DNA from: Propionibacterium ruminifibrarum | GTDB lineage: Bacteria; Actinomycetota; Actinomycetes; Propionibacteriales; Propionibacteriaceae | Reading direction: 5' to 3' | NCBI RefSeq assembly: GCF_900289195.1 | Contig: NZ_OMOH01000002.1 | Span: forward strand, 61,206 to 93,205 | DNA: 32,000 nucleotides | In this document: positions 11,008 through 19,848 of the stretch, piece after piece | Layout: each line of letters starts with the position of its first letter | Numbering within the stretch: position 1 is the stretch's first letter | Translations under genes and position numbers: made by a program | The notes under the pieces: model-generated | Database searches by the model: none | What the model was told of the DNA's origin: nothing | The model's input: only the letters and a program-made list of their open reading frames with translations

Positions 11008-11434
11008 CCGGCGATGATCCGGTCGTTGAGACCGAACATGACGGCCTTCTCCTCGGGTTCGGCGTGGTCGTGGCCGAGCAGGTGGAGCAGCCCGTGAATG
11101 AGCAGGTACTCCATCTCCTCCTGGTTGGTGCGGCCATTGCCCGGGGCCTGGGCACCGGTGAAGGCCGGGCAGATGACGATGTCACCGAGCAGGCCCTGCG
11201 GCGGCTCCTCGTCGGCGGCGGGCGCACGCAGTTCATCCATGGGGAAGCTCATGACGTCGGTCGGACCCTCCAGGTCCATGAACCGCTTGTGGTAGACGGC
11301 CATGGTGTCCTCGTCGACCAGCAGGATCGACAGGTCCGACTGGGGGTGAATGCGCAGCTCCTGGAGGGCGTAGCGCGCCAGACGGACGAGCGCCTGGGTG
11401 TCCACCTGTTCACCGGATTCGTTGTTGATGTCGA

Positions 11435-11438
<4 letters not shown>
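10989..11438 (-). CDS. ybeY: rRNA maturation endoribonuclease YbeY
   Basis: Zinc motif [11 protein letters not shown]. There is an ATGA overlap with the phoH stop (11435-11438). Confidence 0.93.
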
Positions 11439-12460
<1,022 letters not shown>

Positions 12461-12556
12461 GCTGCTCAGAACAAGGCCTTTCGCGGGATCGTTTCGTCTT
12501 CGACCGATGGTGTTGACTCCGATCCTACGCGCACGCCCCAGAACCCCTCCACGACT

Positions 12557-12595
12557 GGCACGCCCACGCCCGGACCGGTCCGGCGTGGGCGTGCC
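12557..12595 (-). terminator. Long GC-rich hairpin downstream of the MFS gene
   Basis: ggcacgcccacgcccggacc / ggtccggcgtgggcgtgcc forms a stem of about 19 bp with one bulge, 13 nt after the MFS stop. There is no clear U tract. Confidence 0.5.
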
Positions 12596-12607
12596 GATGA
12601 TCGGGTC

Positions 12608-14029
12608 CTAGACCCTCACTGCCTCGACGGCCGGGGCCTCGTGGGCGCTCATGGTGTCCAGGTCGATGCCCTTGGTCTCCTTCATGGTGACCAGGGAGGC
12701 GAGCGTGCACAGAGCCATGGCGATCAGGTAGAGGCCGACCGATCCGGGGCCGAAACGGCTGGCGAGCCAGGCCGCGATGAAGGGGGCCACCGAGGCGCCG
12801 AGGATCGAGGCCACGTTGTAGCTGATGGCCGAGCCCGTGTAGCGCACGTTGGTCGGGAACAGTTCGGGCAGCAGAGCCGACTGGATCCCGAAGGTCAGCC
12901 CCATGAGGGCCATGCCGATGAGCATGAAGACAGTCATGCGCACCAGGTTGGCGTCCGTGCCGGTGCCGATCTTGTCGGGGGCGAGGAAGAAGCCGAAGCT
13001 CGCGCCGAAGACCACGATGGCGCAGGTCACGATGGTCAGGAAGCGTTTGCGGCCCCACCGGTCGCCGAGGATGCCCGAGACGGGAATGGTGAGGGCGAAG
13101 GCGCAGATCGTGATGAGCTGGACGATCAGGAAGTCGTGGTAGGGGATGCCCAGGAAGCCGGAGCTGACCTTCCCAATCGAGTAGGACAGGATCCAGGTCG
13201 TCATGAGGTAGAAGAGCGTGTAGGTGGCGACCATGAGGAAGGTGCCGCGGACCAGGGGGCCCCACGATGTCCTGAAGACCTCGATGACCGGCGCCTTCAC
13301 CACATCCCCCTGCTTCTGCGCCTTCTTGAAGCTCGGGGTCTCGTCCAGCTTGAAGCGCACCCACAGGCCGAGGACGACGATGACCGCGGAGAACAGGAAG
13401 GGCAGACGCCAGCCCCACGTCAGGAAGGTGTGGTTGGTGGTGGCCGTGGTCGAGTCGTAGGCCATCACCGCGGTGAGGAGGAGGAAGAATCCGTTGGCCA
13501 TGAGGAAGCCGATCGGGGCGCCCAGCTGGGGCCACATCGAGTCGAAGCCGCGTTTGCCAGGGCGGGAGTTCTCACCGGCCAGCAGCGAGGCGCCGGACCA
13601 TTCGCCGCCCAGGCCCAGGCCCTGGCAGAAACGCATCAGGGCGAGGAAGGCCGGCGCGGCGATGCCGACGGCCTCGTAGGTGGGCAGCAGGCCGATGATC
13701 ACGGTGGCGACGCCCATGGTGAGCAGTGAGGCGACAAGGGTGGCCTTGCGGCCGGCACGGTCGCCGAAGTGCCCGAAGAGCACGGACCCGATGGGCCGGG
13801 CGACGAACGCGACGCCGAAGGTGGCCAGTGAGGCCAGGAGCGCGCCGGTGTCGGTCGCGGTCGTGAAGAACAGCAACGGGAAGACCGAGATGGCGGCCGT
13901 CGCGTACGCGTAGAAGTCGTAGAACTCGATGGTCGTCCCGACCAGCGAGGAGACGATGATGCGCCACTTCGGGTTGGCGGCGCTGGTGCCGCCGGTGGCG
14001 GTTCGAGTGATATCGGATGAAGTTGTCAC
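12608..14029 (-). CDS. MFS transporter, metabolite:H+ symporter (MHS) type
   Basis: 473 aa and multi-TM. It has the N-terminal TIEFYDFYAYA and the GHFGDRAGRK loop typical of ProP/KgtP/ShiA-like transporters. Confidence 0.88.
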   Translation of the reverse strand: MTTSSDITRTATGGTSAANPKWRIIVSSLVGTTIEFYDFYAYATAAISVFPLLFFTTATDTGALLASLATFGVAFVARPIGSVLFGHFGDRAGRKATLVASLLTMGVATVIIGLLPTYEAVGIAAPAFLALMRFCQGLGLGGEWSGASLLAGENSRPGKRGFDSMWPQLGAPIGFLMANGFFLLLTAVMAYDSTTATTNHTFLTWGWRLPFLFSAVIVVLGLWVRFKLDETPSFKKAQKQGDVVKAPVIEVFRTSWGPLVRGTFLMVATYTLFYLMTTWILSYSIGKVSSGFLGIPYHDFLIVQLITICAFALTIPVSGILGDRWGRKRFLTIVTCAIVVFGASFGFFLAPDKIGTGTDANLVRMTVFMLIGMALMGLTFGIQSALLPELFPTNVRYTGSAISYNVASILGASVAPFIAAWLASRFGPGSVGLYLIAMALCTLASLVTMKETKGIDLDTMSAHEAPAVEAVRV

Positions 14030-14177
14030 GCAGTCAGGCTAGGTTTTTCTCATGAAGCAAGACAGTCGTCTTTGGATTTGAGACGCCATGGTGCGCGAGG
14101 CTTGGAGCAGCCGGTCGCGGCCCATCTGCCGCGCGGCACTGCCGCTCCGGCCGGGACACCGGCCTCGGGTCCCGGTG

Positions 14178-14669
14178 TCAGCCGGGGGCCTGGCCCGCGG
14201 TGCCCGCGGGTTCGTTGTCCTCGTCGCCGTGGCGGGCGAGGTCCTCCTCGTTGATGATGTGCATCGCGGCCTCCTCGGCGCTCGCCGCGCCCCCGGAGAT
14301 GCCCACGTCTGAGGCGACGGCCTGGGACTCGGTGTCGGCGCTCATGGCGTCGCCGGGTGCCACGAGGCGTCCGGCTCGCGTCGACCCGACCTGGCGCTGC
14401 TCGCCGTTGGGGTTCCAGTCCGGCTCCGGGTCACTGCTCGGTTCTGGCTCCTCCTGCGTCACGCGCTGGTCGATGGTCTCGCCCTGGGCCATCTCGGCGG
14501 GCGTGTTGCCGAAGCGCTGGGCCGCCGACCAGTGGTCGGGGGCGACGAAGCCCTCGTCCAGGGGATCGGCGACACCGCGGTCGATGAGCGAATCCGCCTG
14601 GGAGAGCTGGGCCAGGTCGCTGTTCTCCACGCCCTCATCGAGGGGCAGATCCTCGTTGATCTCACTCAT
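14178..14669 (-). CDS. Acidic conserved actinobacterial protein (DUF5709-like, family name from memory)
   Basis: 163 aa, very Asp/Glu-rich (MSEINEDLPLDEGVENSDLAQL...), with AGGA upstream. The family assignment is not verifiable here. Confidence 0.6.
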   Translation of the reverse strand: MSEINEDLPLDEGVENSDLAQLSQADSLIDRGVADPLDEGFVAPDHWSAAQRFGNTPAEMAQGETIDQRVTQEEPEPSSDPEPDWNPNGEQRQVGSTRAGRLVAPGDAMSADTESQAVASDVGISGGAASAEEAAMHIINEEDLARHGDEDNEPAGTAGQAPG

Positions 14670-14768
14670 GTCTCGATCCTGCCATGACTGGGGCGCCCAT
14701 GGGAGGATTGCGCGGCGGAACCAGGGGGATCTGTTCTGGGCGCCGGACCGATGGGGGCCCGGGGCGGT

Positions 14769-16016
14769 TCACCTCGTGCTCGCGGCGGAGCGATAGCGTC
14801 CCAGCCACTCGGCGCGGAAGTCCTCGAAGCTGCCGTCCTCCATGGACCGGCGGATCTGGTCGACGAGACGAACGGTGAAGCGTTCGTTGTGGATCGTGGC
14901 GAGCACCTTGCCGTCGATCTCGCGGGCCTTGAACAGGTGGTGCAGGTAGGCGCGTGTGCAATGCGTGCAGGTGTAGCAGTCACAGCCTTCCTCCAGGGGG
15001 ACGAAGGCACGGCGGTTGGCGGCCGTGGTGACGTTGTAGCGGCCGTCGGCCGTGTAGATCGCCGCGTTCCTGGCCACTCGGCTCGGGTTGACGCAGTCGA
15101 AGGTGTCGGCCCCCGCGGCGCAGGCCGCGAACAGGTCCTCCGGCTCGCTGATGCCGAGCAGGTGCCGGGGCCGGTCCTCGGGCAGTTCGTCGGCGCACCA
15201 GCCGACGATCTCCCCCAGCCTGGCCTTCTCGATGGCGCCGCCGATGCCGTAGCCGTCGAAGGGGCGGTCCCCGTCGGCCGAGCGCATCGCCGACAGGTCG
15301 CGGCAGGCCCTGCGGCGCAGGTCCTCGTACTGGGCCCCCTGGATGACGCCGAAGAGAGCCTGGTAGGGCCGGTGCCGGCGCGAGCCGGTCAGGCGCACGT
15401 GCTCGTCGAGGCAGCGCTGGGCCCAGCGCCGGGTGCGTTCGAGGGCCTCGACCTGGTACTCCCGGGTGTTGAACAGTGTCGTCAGCTCGTCGAAGGCGAA
15501 CATGATGTCGGCACCCAGGCCGTGCTGGACCCGCATGCTCACCTCGGGTGTGAAACGGTGCCTCGAGCCGTCCAGGGGGCTCTTGAAGTTCACGCCGTCC
15601 TCGTCGACGTGGGCCTGCCGTTCGTGGCCCTCGGCGATGACGTCATCGTTCTGCAGCCCGGTGACGTCCATGGCGAGGGTCTTCTTGAACCCCGAGCCGA
15701 GGCTCATCACCTGGAAGCCGCCCGAGTCGGTGAAGGTGGGCCCGGTCCAGCCCATGAAGGAGCCGAGACCGCCTGCCTCGTCGACGATGTCCGCACCCGG
15801 CTGGAGATACAGGTGGAAGGCGTTGGCGAGCACGGCCTGACCGCCGACCGCGGCGACCTGGTCGGGCAGCATGGCCTTGACGGCGGCCTTCGTGCCGACG
15901 ACGACGAACGCCGGGGTCCTGATCGTCCCGTGGGGCGTGGTGATCACGCCCGTCCTGCCCCGCCCGTTGGGCAGTCTCGTGCGCACGGTGAACCCGAAGT
16001 CATCGGAAAAGGCCAT
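14769..16016 (-). CDS. tgt: tRNA-guanine transglycosylase (queuine tRNA-ribosyltransferase)
   Basis: TPAFVVVGT, TDSGGFQV, AFDE and a zinc site CDCYTC...H are present. The ORF-track start 16331 was trimmed to ATG 16016 (MAFSDDFGFTV...). The product is 415 aa. Confidence 0.92.
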   Translation of the reverse strand: MAFSDDFGFTVRTRLPNGRGRTGVITTPHGTIRTPAFVVVGTKAAVKAMLPDQVAAVGGQAVLANAFHLYLQPGADIVDEAGGLGSFMGWTGPTFTDSGGFQVMSLGSGFKKTLAMDVTGLQNDDVIAEGHERQAHVDEDGVNFKSPLDGSRHRFTPEVSMRVQHGLGADIMFAFDELTTLFNTREYQVEALERTRRWAQRCLDEHVRLTGSRRHRPYQALFGVIQGAQYEDLRRRACRDLSAMRSADGDRPFDGYGIGGAIEKARLGEIVGWCADELPEDRPRHLLGISEPEDLFAACAAGADTFDCVNPSRVARNAAIYTADGRYNVTTAANRRAFVPLEEGCDCYTCTHCTRAYLHHLFKAREIDGKVLATIHNERFTVRLVDQIRRSMEDGSFEDFRAEWLGRYRSAASTR

Positions 16017-16217
16017 GGGGACGATTGTGGCAGGGGCCGGCGCCCCCAGTGCGGTCCTCAGCCTTGGGATGGAACACCAACACCGGCTCTCCACCCGGCG
16101 CAGGATCAAAGAACTGGGGCGTTCCTCGCACGGAGGGAGAGAAATGGTGGCGAAACTCCCCGTCTCGCACGATGTTTGTCGAGTCATTTGAAACGTAATC
16201 TTTCTCGACGTGAACGC

Positions 16218-16230
16218 AGAACCCGGTTCT
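16218..16230. promoter_or_regulatory. 13-bp perfect palindrome AGAACC-C-GGTTCT in the tgt/lipoprotein divergent region
   Basis: It lies 70 nt upstream of the lipoprotein ATG 16301, next to an AT-rich stretch (16170-16210). It is an operator candidate only. Confidence 0.3.
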
Positions 16231-16300
16231 CGTCCACCAGCCAATGCACTGCCGTCGTCCCTCTGCGGACGCCGCGAACTCTGAAAGGGAGCCTGCCCGC

Positions 16301-17833
16301 ATGATGAGAACGTCCACCCCAGCACCTTCACTCACGCGCCGTTCCGTCTTGGCGGCCATGATGGGCACGGCTCTTCTGTCCCCGCTGGTCGCTTGCACCC
16401 GCGGCGGAGGTGACGGCACGAGCGGCGCCCAGAATCCCGGAGACGGCTCTGCGGGCGGTTTGCAGGATCAGCTCGGCGGGCTGGGCGGGAACGCACCCTC
16501 GCTGTCGCCCGAGGAGTACGAGGCCATTGTCGACGGTCTTGCCGAATGGGTGTCCCGCGTCTGGCCTCTCATGGGTTCGGTGTGGCCTGACGCCGACTAC
16601 AACCAGCACCGGATCGTCGCCATGCAGGTGGGTGATGATTTCAAGGCGACGCGGGCCTGGGTGGTCTCCACCGACGGGCACCGAGAGCTCAGGAACGACG
16701 AATACGCCGACATCACCCCGCCCTCCTCCTATGACAAGATCACCTTCGAGGGCTATCCGTCCATCACCTTGAACCTCGGCTCGGCCGTCACCCTCAGCAA
16801 GGGGCAGGGGCAGGATGAGCAGAATGCCTCGTCCGGCACGTCCCCCGCCTCGGCCGGGGCAGCCGGCGATGCGGCCGACCTGACCGACCCGGCCACCTTC
16901 GCCTTCGCCCTCATGACCCATGAGCTGGTGCACTTCTACTACCAGGGCGAGATCAACGTGACCGCCGAGAGCAGCCGCGACACCCCGTACCCGTTCGAGG
17001 TGCGCCCGCGCACCCTGCGCCGGATGCTGCTGCACAGCCTCTACCTGGCGGCGACCGAGCAGAACAAGCAGCAGGATCACCTGGGGCATGCCCGCTACTG
17101 GCTCGACACCTGGAAGAAGGAGGCCGAGCAGGAGGCGCAGGACATCCACCACTACGACATCGCCGAGGGCGTGGCGCGGTACGTCGAGTACATGGCGTTG
17201 TCGATCGAGTCCGACCAGTCCGCCGAGCAGCTGCGCAGTCGCCAGGCGCCTCTGCTCAAGGAGGGCCTGACCGTCGACCTGTCGGTGGACGCCGAGTCCT
17301 ACGCCCTGGGTTTCACCACCGGTGTCCTGCTCGACTCCCGCAAGCCGGGCTGGAAGGACGGCTTCTACGCCGGCGGCACGACCTTGACCGAACTGCTCCT
17401 GGAGGACGTGGCTCCCATTCCCGAAGACGTCGACGAGCAGGTGCAGGCGGAGGTCGACAAGCAGGCCGCGGAGTCCGAGGAGAACACGGGGCCGCAGATC
17501 AAGAAGATCGACTCCGCCGAGGCCGACACCGGCACCGCCTACCTGCGCTTCCTCACATTCGGCGAGATCGCCTACGCCGGCTCGTTCGCGTACAAGGACA
17601 AGGTGGTACTCACCACCACCATCCTGAACGTGAACAACGAGGGTCAGAGTCTTCAAATCTTCGGCACCCCGAGCTTCACCGGCACCGACCGCGAGATCCT
17701 CAACGTCCCGCTGATCGACGCGACCCACCGCTACGACAACGGGGTGCTGACGGTCACCGGCGACGCCATCAACGGGACCGTCAAGGCCGAACGCACCACC
17801 GAGAACGGAAGGGAGGTCTTCATCGTCGAGTAA
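16301..17833 (+). CDS. Tat-signal lipoprotein with an HExxH...EGxAxY motif (putative MA-clan zinc metallopeptidase)
   Basis: ATG 16301 follows GAAAGGGAG. The N-terminus MMRTSTPAPSLTRRSVLAAMMGTALLSPLVAC carries a twin-arginine motif and a lipobox Cys. It also has MTHELVHFYY, and IAEGVARYVEY about 95 aa downstream. Confidence 0.75.
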   Translation: MMRTSTPAPSLTRRSVLAAMMGTALLSPLVACTRGGGDGTSGAQNPGDGSAGGLQDQLGGLGGNAPSLSPEEYEAIVDGLAEWVSRVWPLMGSVWPDADYNQHRIVAMQVGDDFKATRAWVVSTDGHRELRNDEYADITPPSSYDKITFEGYPSITLNLGSAVTLSKGQGQDEQNASSGTSPASAGAAGDAADLTDPATFAFALMTHELVHFYYQGEINVTAESSRDTPYPFEVRPRTLRRMLLHSLYLAATEQNKQQDHLGHARYWLDTWKKEAEQEAQDIHHYDIAEGVARYVEYMALSIESDQSAEQLRSRQAPLLKEGLTVDLSVDAESYALGFTTGVLLDSRKPGWKDGFYAGGTTLTELLLEDVAPIPEDVDEQVQAEVDKQAAESEENTGPQIKKIDSAEADTGTAYLRFLTFGEIAYAGSFAYKDKVVLTTTILNVNNEGQSLQIFGTPSFTGTDREILNVPLIDATHRYDNGVLTVTGDAINGTVKAERTTENGREVFIVE

Positions 17834-17867
17834 TCGGATGTGATGAGGTGGGCTCACACCCATGGTC

Positions 17868-17891
17868 CCGCCGATCACGAGTGGTCGGCGG
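17868..17891 (+). terminator. Hairpin downstream of the lipoprotein gene
   Basis: CCGCCGATCA-CGAG-TGGTCGGCGG forms a 10-bp stem including one G-U pair, 35 nt after the stop. There is no U tract. Confidence 0.35.
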
Positions 17892-18343
17892 GGCCATGCC
17901 GTCCTCGGGAGTGGGAGAACCCGGTTGGCCCGCCCGCGCGTCGACGCGGGCCGCGCATCGCTCCGACGCTGCCTCGTGGCGGCGAGCACTGGGGCATGTC
18001 GGCCAGGATGATGATCCCACTGCCAGTCCGGGGACCTGCACGATGGCGTTCGGCGCGTTCACTGCCTCCTTCGAACCCGGAACGATTCAGCCGGGCTGAC
18101 ATCTTCCGGGGCTCGGGGTGTCATGACTCAAGGTGCATGCTGTACGGCTACCCCGCATGCACCCCTTCACGACACGCACATCCCCTCGCCATCTCGCCGA
18201 TCCCCCGGGCTTTTTCGCCCTCAATCCCCGGGAAAGATTCACTGTGTGCATCGCATTCGGCAACGGATAATTCAGATGCAGATCCACCGTGGAAACGACC
18301 CCAGGGGCACCTGCACTGACGCTGAGCCGAGGACCAGCACGGC

Positions 18344-18853
18344 TCAGTCGCCGTGCTCCTGCTCGCGCTTGCGCCGGTAGTTCTCACAACGACGGGCATT
18401 GCGCTCCTGCCGCTTCAACTCCGCCTCATAACCCGTGCGCAGCCAGTCCGGGATGAACTCATCATCACGCGGATAGCGCTTCAACTCATTCCAGCAATCC
18501 CCAGGGCCGGGGCGTATGTCGCCGGAAGCCTGAGTGAATACAGGCTCGCGCATCCAGTCGCACTCCTGGCGCAGCACCCCGTCAGCGGCAGCCATCCACA
18601 AACGACACCACGTCCACGCACCACGATCAGGCAACGCCTGCGCAGTGCGAAGATCCCCCTGCGGGGAACCCAGCTCCCACGGGATCCTCGACCACTCTTT
18701 GACCCCGTCGCGCATGAGCCAAGCGACATTATCCTGTACGCGTCCAATGCCGTTGACCTCTATGTGAGCGCTGTCCGCACCGGTCTCGTCCAACCACACC
18801 CGAAACTCACGTTCCACGCGCTCCAGTAGTTCGTCTGGGTCTAACTGCCTCAT
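18344..18853 (-). CDS. Hypothetical Trp-rich protein (169 aa), immunity-protein-like
   Basis: GAGGAG lies 8 nt upstream of ATG 18853. The sequence is MRQLDPDELLERVEREF..., with GAWTWCRLWMAAADGVLRQECDW in the second half and a basic K/R/E-rich tail (KRQERNARRCENYRRKREQEHGD). Similarity to YezG/DUF600-type immunity proteins is only an impression. Confidence 0.65.
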   Translation of the reverse strand: MRQLDPDELLERVEREFRVWLDETGADSAHIEVNGIGRVQDNVAWLMRDGVKEWSRIPWELGSPQGDLRTAQALPDRGAWTWCRLWMAAADGVLRQECDWMREPVFTQASGDIRPGPGDCWNELKRYPRDDEFIPDWLRTGYEAELKRQERNARRCENYRRKREQEHGD

Positions 18854-18882
18854 CGCTCACGCTCCTCACTACGACTATATTG

Positions 18883-19146
18883 CTACGGATTGATGTTATT
18901 GAAGTTTCGAGACCGCCCTACGCCGTTCTCATCCACCCACTTGGCTTCGAGCTGAGTTGGTACTCGATCACTCGGGTTGACGTCACTGAGGCGGTTGACG
19001 GAGCCGGCGCTGGCTGGTGGGCCGTCGTACTCGATGCGGATGTCGATGTTCCTGTAGTTGTCAGGGTTAGCGGCGATCTGGTCCTCGAACTTCTCATAGC
19101 TATCCGAGTGGGCGTCGTTCGTTCCACGGTTGAGGTCCTTGTGCAT
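18883..19146 (-). CDS. Small ORF (87 aa from the ATG), orphan toxin C-terminal-module-like
   Basis: There is a strong G/C third-position bias in this frame despite AT-richer DNA. GAGG lies 5 nt upstream of ATG 19146. The frame is open up to 19215, adding FATQPPPQPAPTTAGPEDPNEVP directly after the TAG of the upstream gene. The sequence is N/D-rich with no recognised motif. Confidence 0.5.
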   Translation of the reverse strand: MHKDLNRGTNDAHSDSYEKFEDQIAANPDNYRNIDIRIEYDGPPASAGSVNRLSDVNPSDRVPTQLEAKWVDENGVGRSRNFNNINP

Positions 19147-19215
19147 GGGGACCTCGTTGGGGTCCTCGGGCCCAGCCGTTGTTGGTGCGGGTTGTGGCGG
19201 GGGCTGAGTGGCGAA

Positions 19216-19818
19216 CTACGCCTCCTCCTCTTCTTCCTCGAAGTAGCGGCGTTCGGCCTCGGCCGCACGGTTGGCGGCAGGCGAGTCCACGGTGGCGCTG
19301 AGGACTCGCCCGACGGCGCCGAGTTGAAGTGAGGCTCCGCTCGGCAGGGTCCACGTGGTGGACTCCTGGGGGCCGTTGCGCCCCTGGGAGTGCTTGGTGG
19401 TGCCGGCGCCGTACAAGTCAGTCAGCACTTGGACGTACTGGGTGTATGCCTGGCGCACCAGATCAGGCGCTTCCGGCGGCGTACTGGCCTTAGGAATACG
19501 CGAAGCCAATTCCATGTGAAAGGAATTTGCCTGACCTTTGAGATCTATGAAGTATGCGTCTTTTCCACCCAGATCGTGACCGGTAGTAAACATCATCTCG
19601 TCTGTTGGTGACGGCTGCCAGCCGAGACGGTCACGCAACTCCAGACCCTCCTGGACACTCATAGGCCAATCATGCTCCAACCACAGCCGGATCACCGGCA
19701 CACCCACCTCGGGCGGAACCACCCGAAAGGTAGTGCCGCCCGGAAGTCCAAGCTCGTATGAAATACCGTCATTCTCCTGCTTGTCATCACTCACACGATC
19801 ACTCCAGACCACTAACAT
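19216..19818 (-). CDS. Hypothetical protein, paralog B of a tandem pair (about 200 aa)
   Basis: It shares RVVPPEVGVPVIR.WLEHDWPM and STTWTLP..AS.Q.G..G.VLS...DSP.AN with the upstream gene and has the acidic tail EEEEEEA. The start is uncertain: ATG 19818 abuts AGGAGG, and GTG 19812 has better spacing. Confidence 0.72.
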   Translation of the reverse strand: MLVVWSDRVSDDKQENDGISYELGLPGGTTFRVVPPEVGVPVIRLWLEHDWPMSVQEGLELRDRLGWQPSPTDEMMFTTGHDLGGKDAYFIDLKGQANSFHMELASRIPKASTPPEAPDLVRQAYTQYVQVLTDLYGAGTTKHSQGRNGPQESTTWTLPSGASLQLGAVGRVLSATVDSPAANRAAEAERRYFEEEEEEA

Positions 19819-19848
19819 CCTCCTACGAGACCGGATCGCCAGGAGCAC

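Noticed and set aside
8436-11097. Plus-strand ORFs 8436..9794 (452 aa) and 9553..11097 (514 aa)
   Set aside because: They are antisense to era and to the CNNM/ybeY genes, and show the shadow-frame composition (runs of D/G/V/A/R/H).
16017-16300. preQ1 or other riboswitch in the tgt 5' region
   Set aside because: I could not find the small hairpin plus A-rich tail of preQ1-I/II or any other riboswitch core I know. Only weak 5-6 bp stems are present.
14751-16304. 517-aa plus-strand ORF
   Set aside because: It is antisense to tgt, shows the shadow-frame composition, and has no motif.
16328-17989. 553-aa minus-strand ORF
   Set aside because: It is antisense to the HExxH lipoprotein gene. The plus-strand product has a coherent Tat signal, lipobox and domain features, and the minus-strand product is Gly/Arg/Val-rich and low in complexity.
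18060-18095. tRNA-like TTCGAA motif (ccttcgaacccgg), considered as a possible tRNA gene or att-site remnant at the island edge
   Set aside because: The flanking bases do not form a T-arm stem (CCGGG/GAGGC are not complementary). No acceptor or anticodon arms could be drawn, and no matching direct repeat occurs at the other island border.
17840-18319. 159-aa plus-strand ORF in the island-border gap
   Set aside because: It has no RBS, a His/Cys/Pro/Arg-rich translation unlike real proteins of this genome, and poor third-position G/C bias.
19146-19848. Reading paralog B and the 87-aa ORF as one gene interrupted by a TAG (pseudogene or readthrough fusion)
   Set aside because: Paralog A ends at the equivalent position with a similar acidic tail and no extension, so the TAG looks like the native stop of B. 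In-frame continuity has a 1-in-3 chance expectation. I keep it only as an observation about the downstream ORF.
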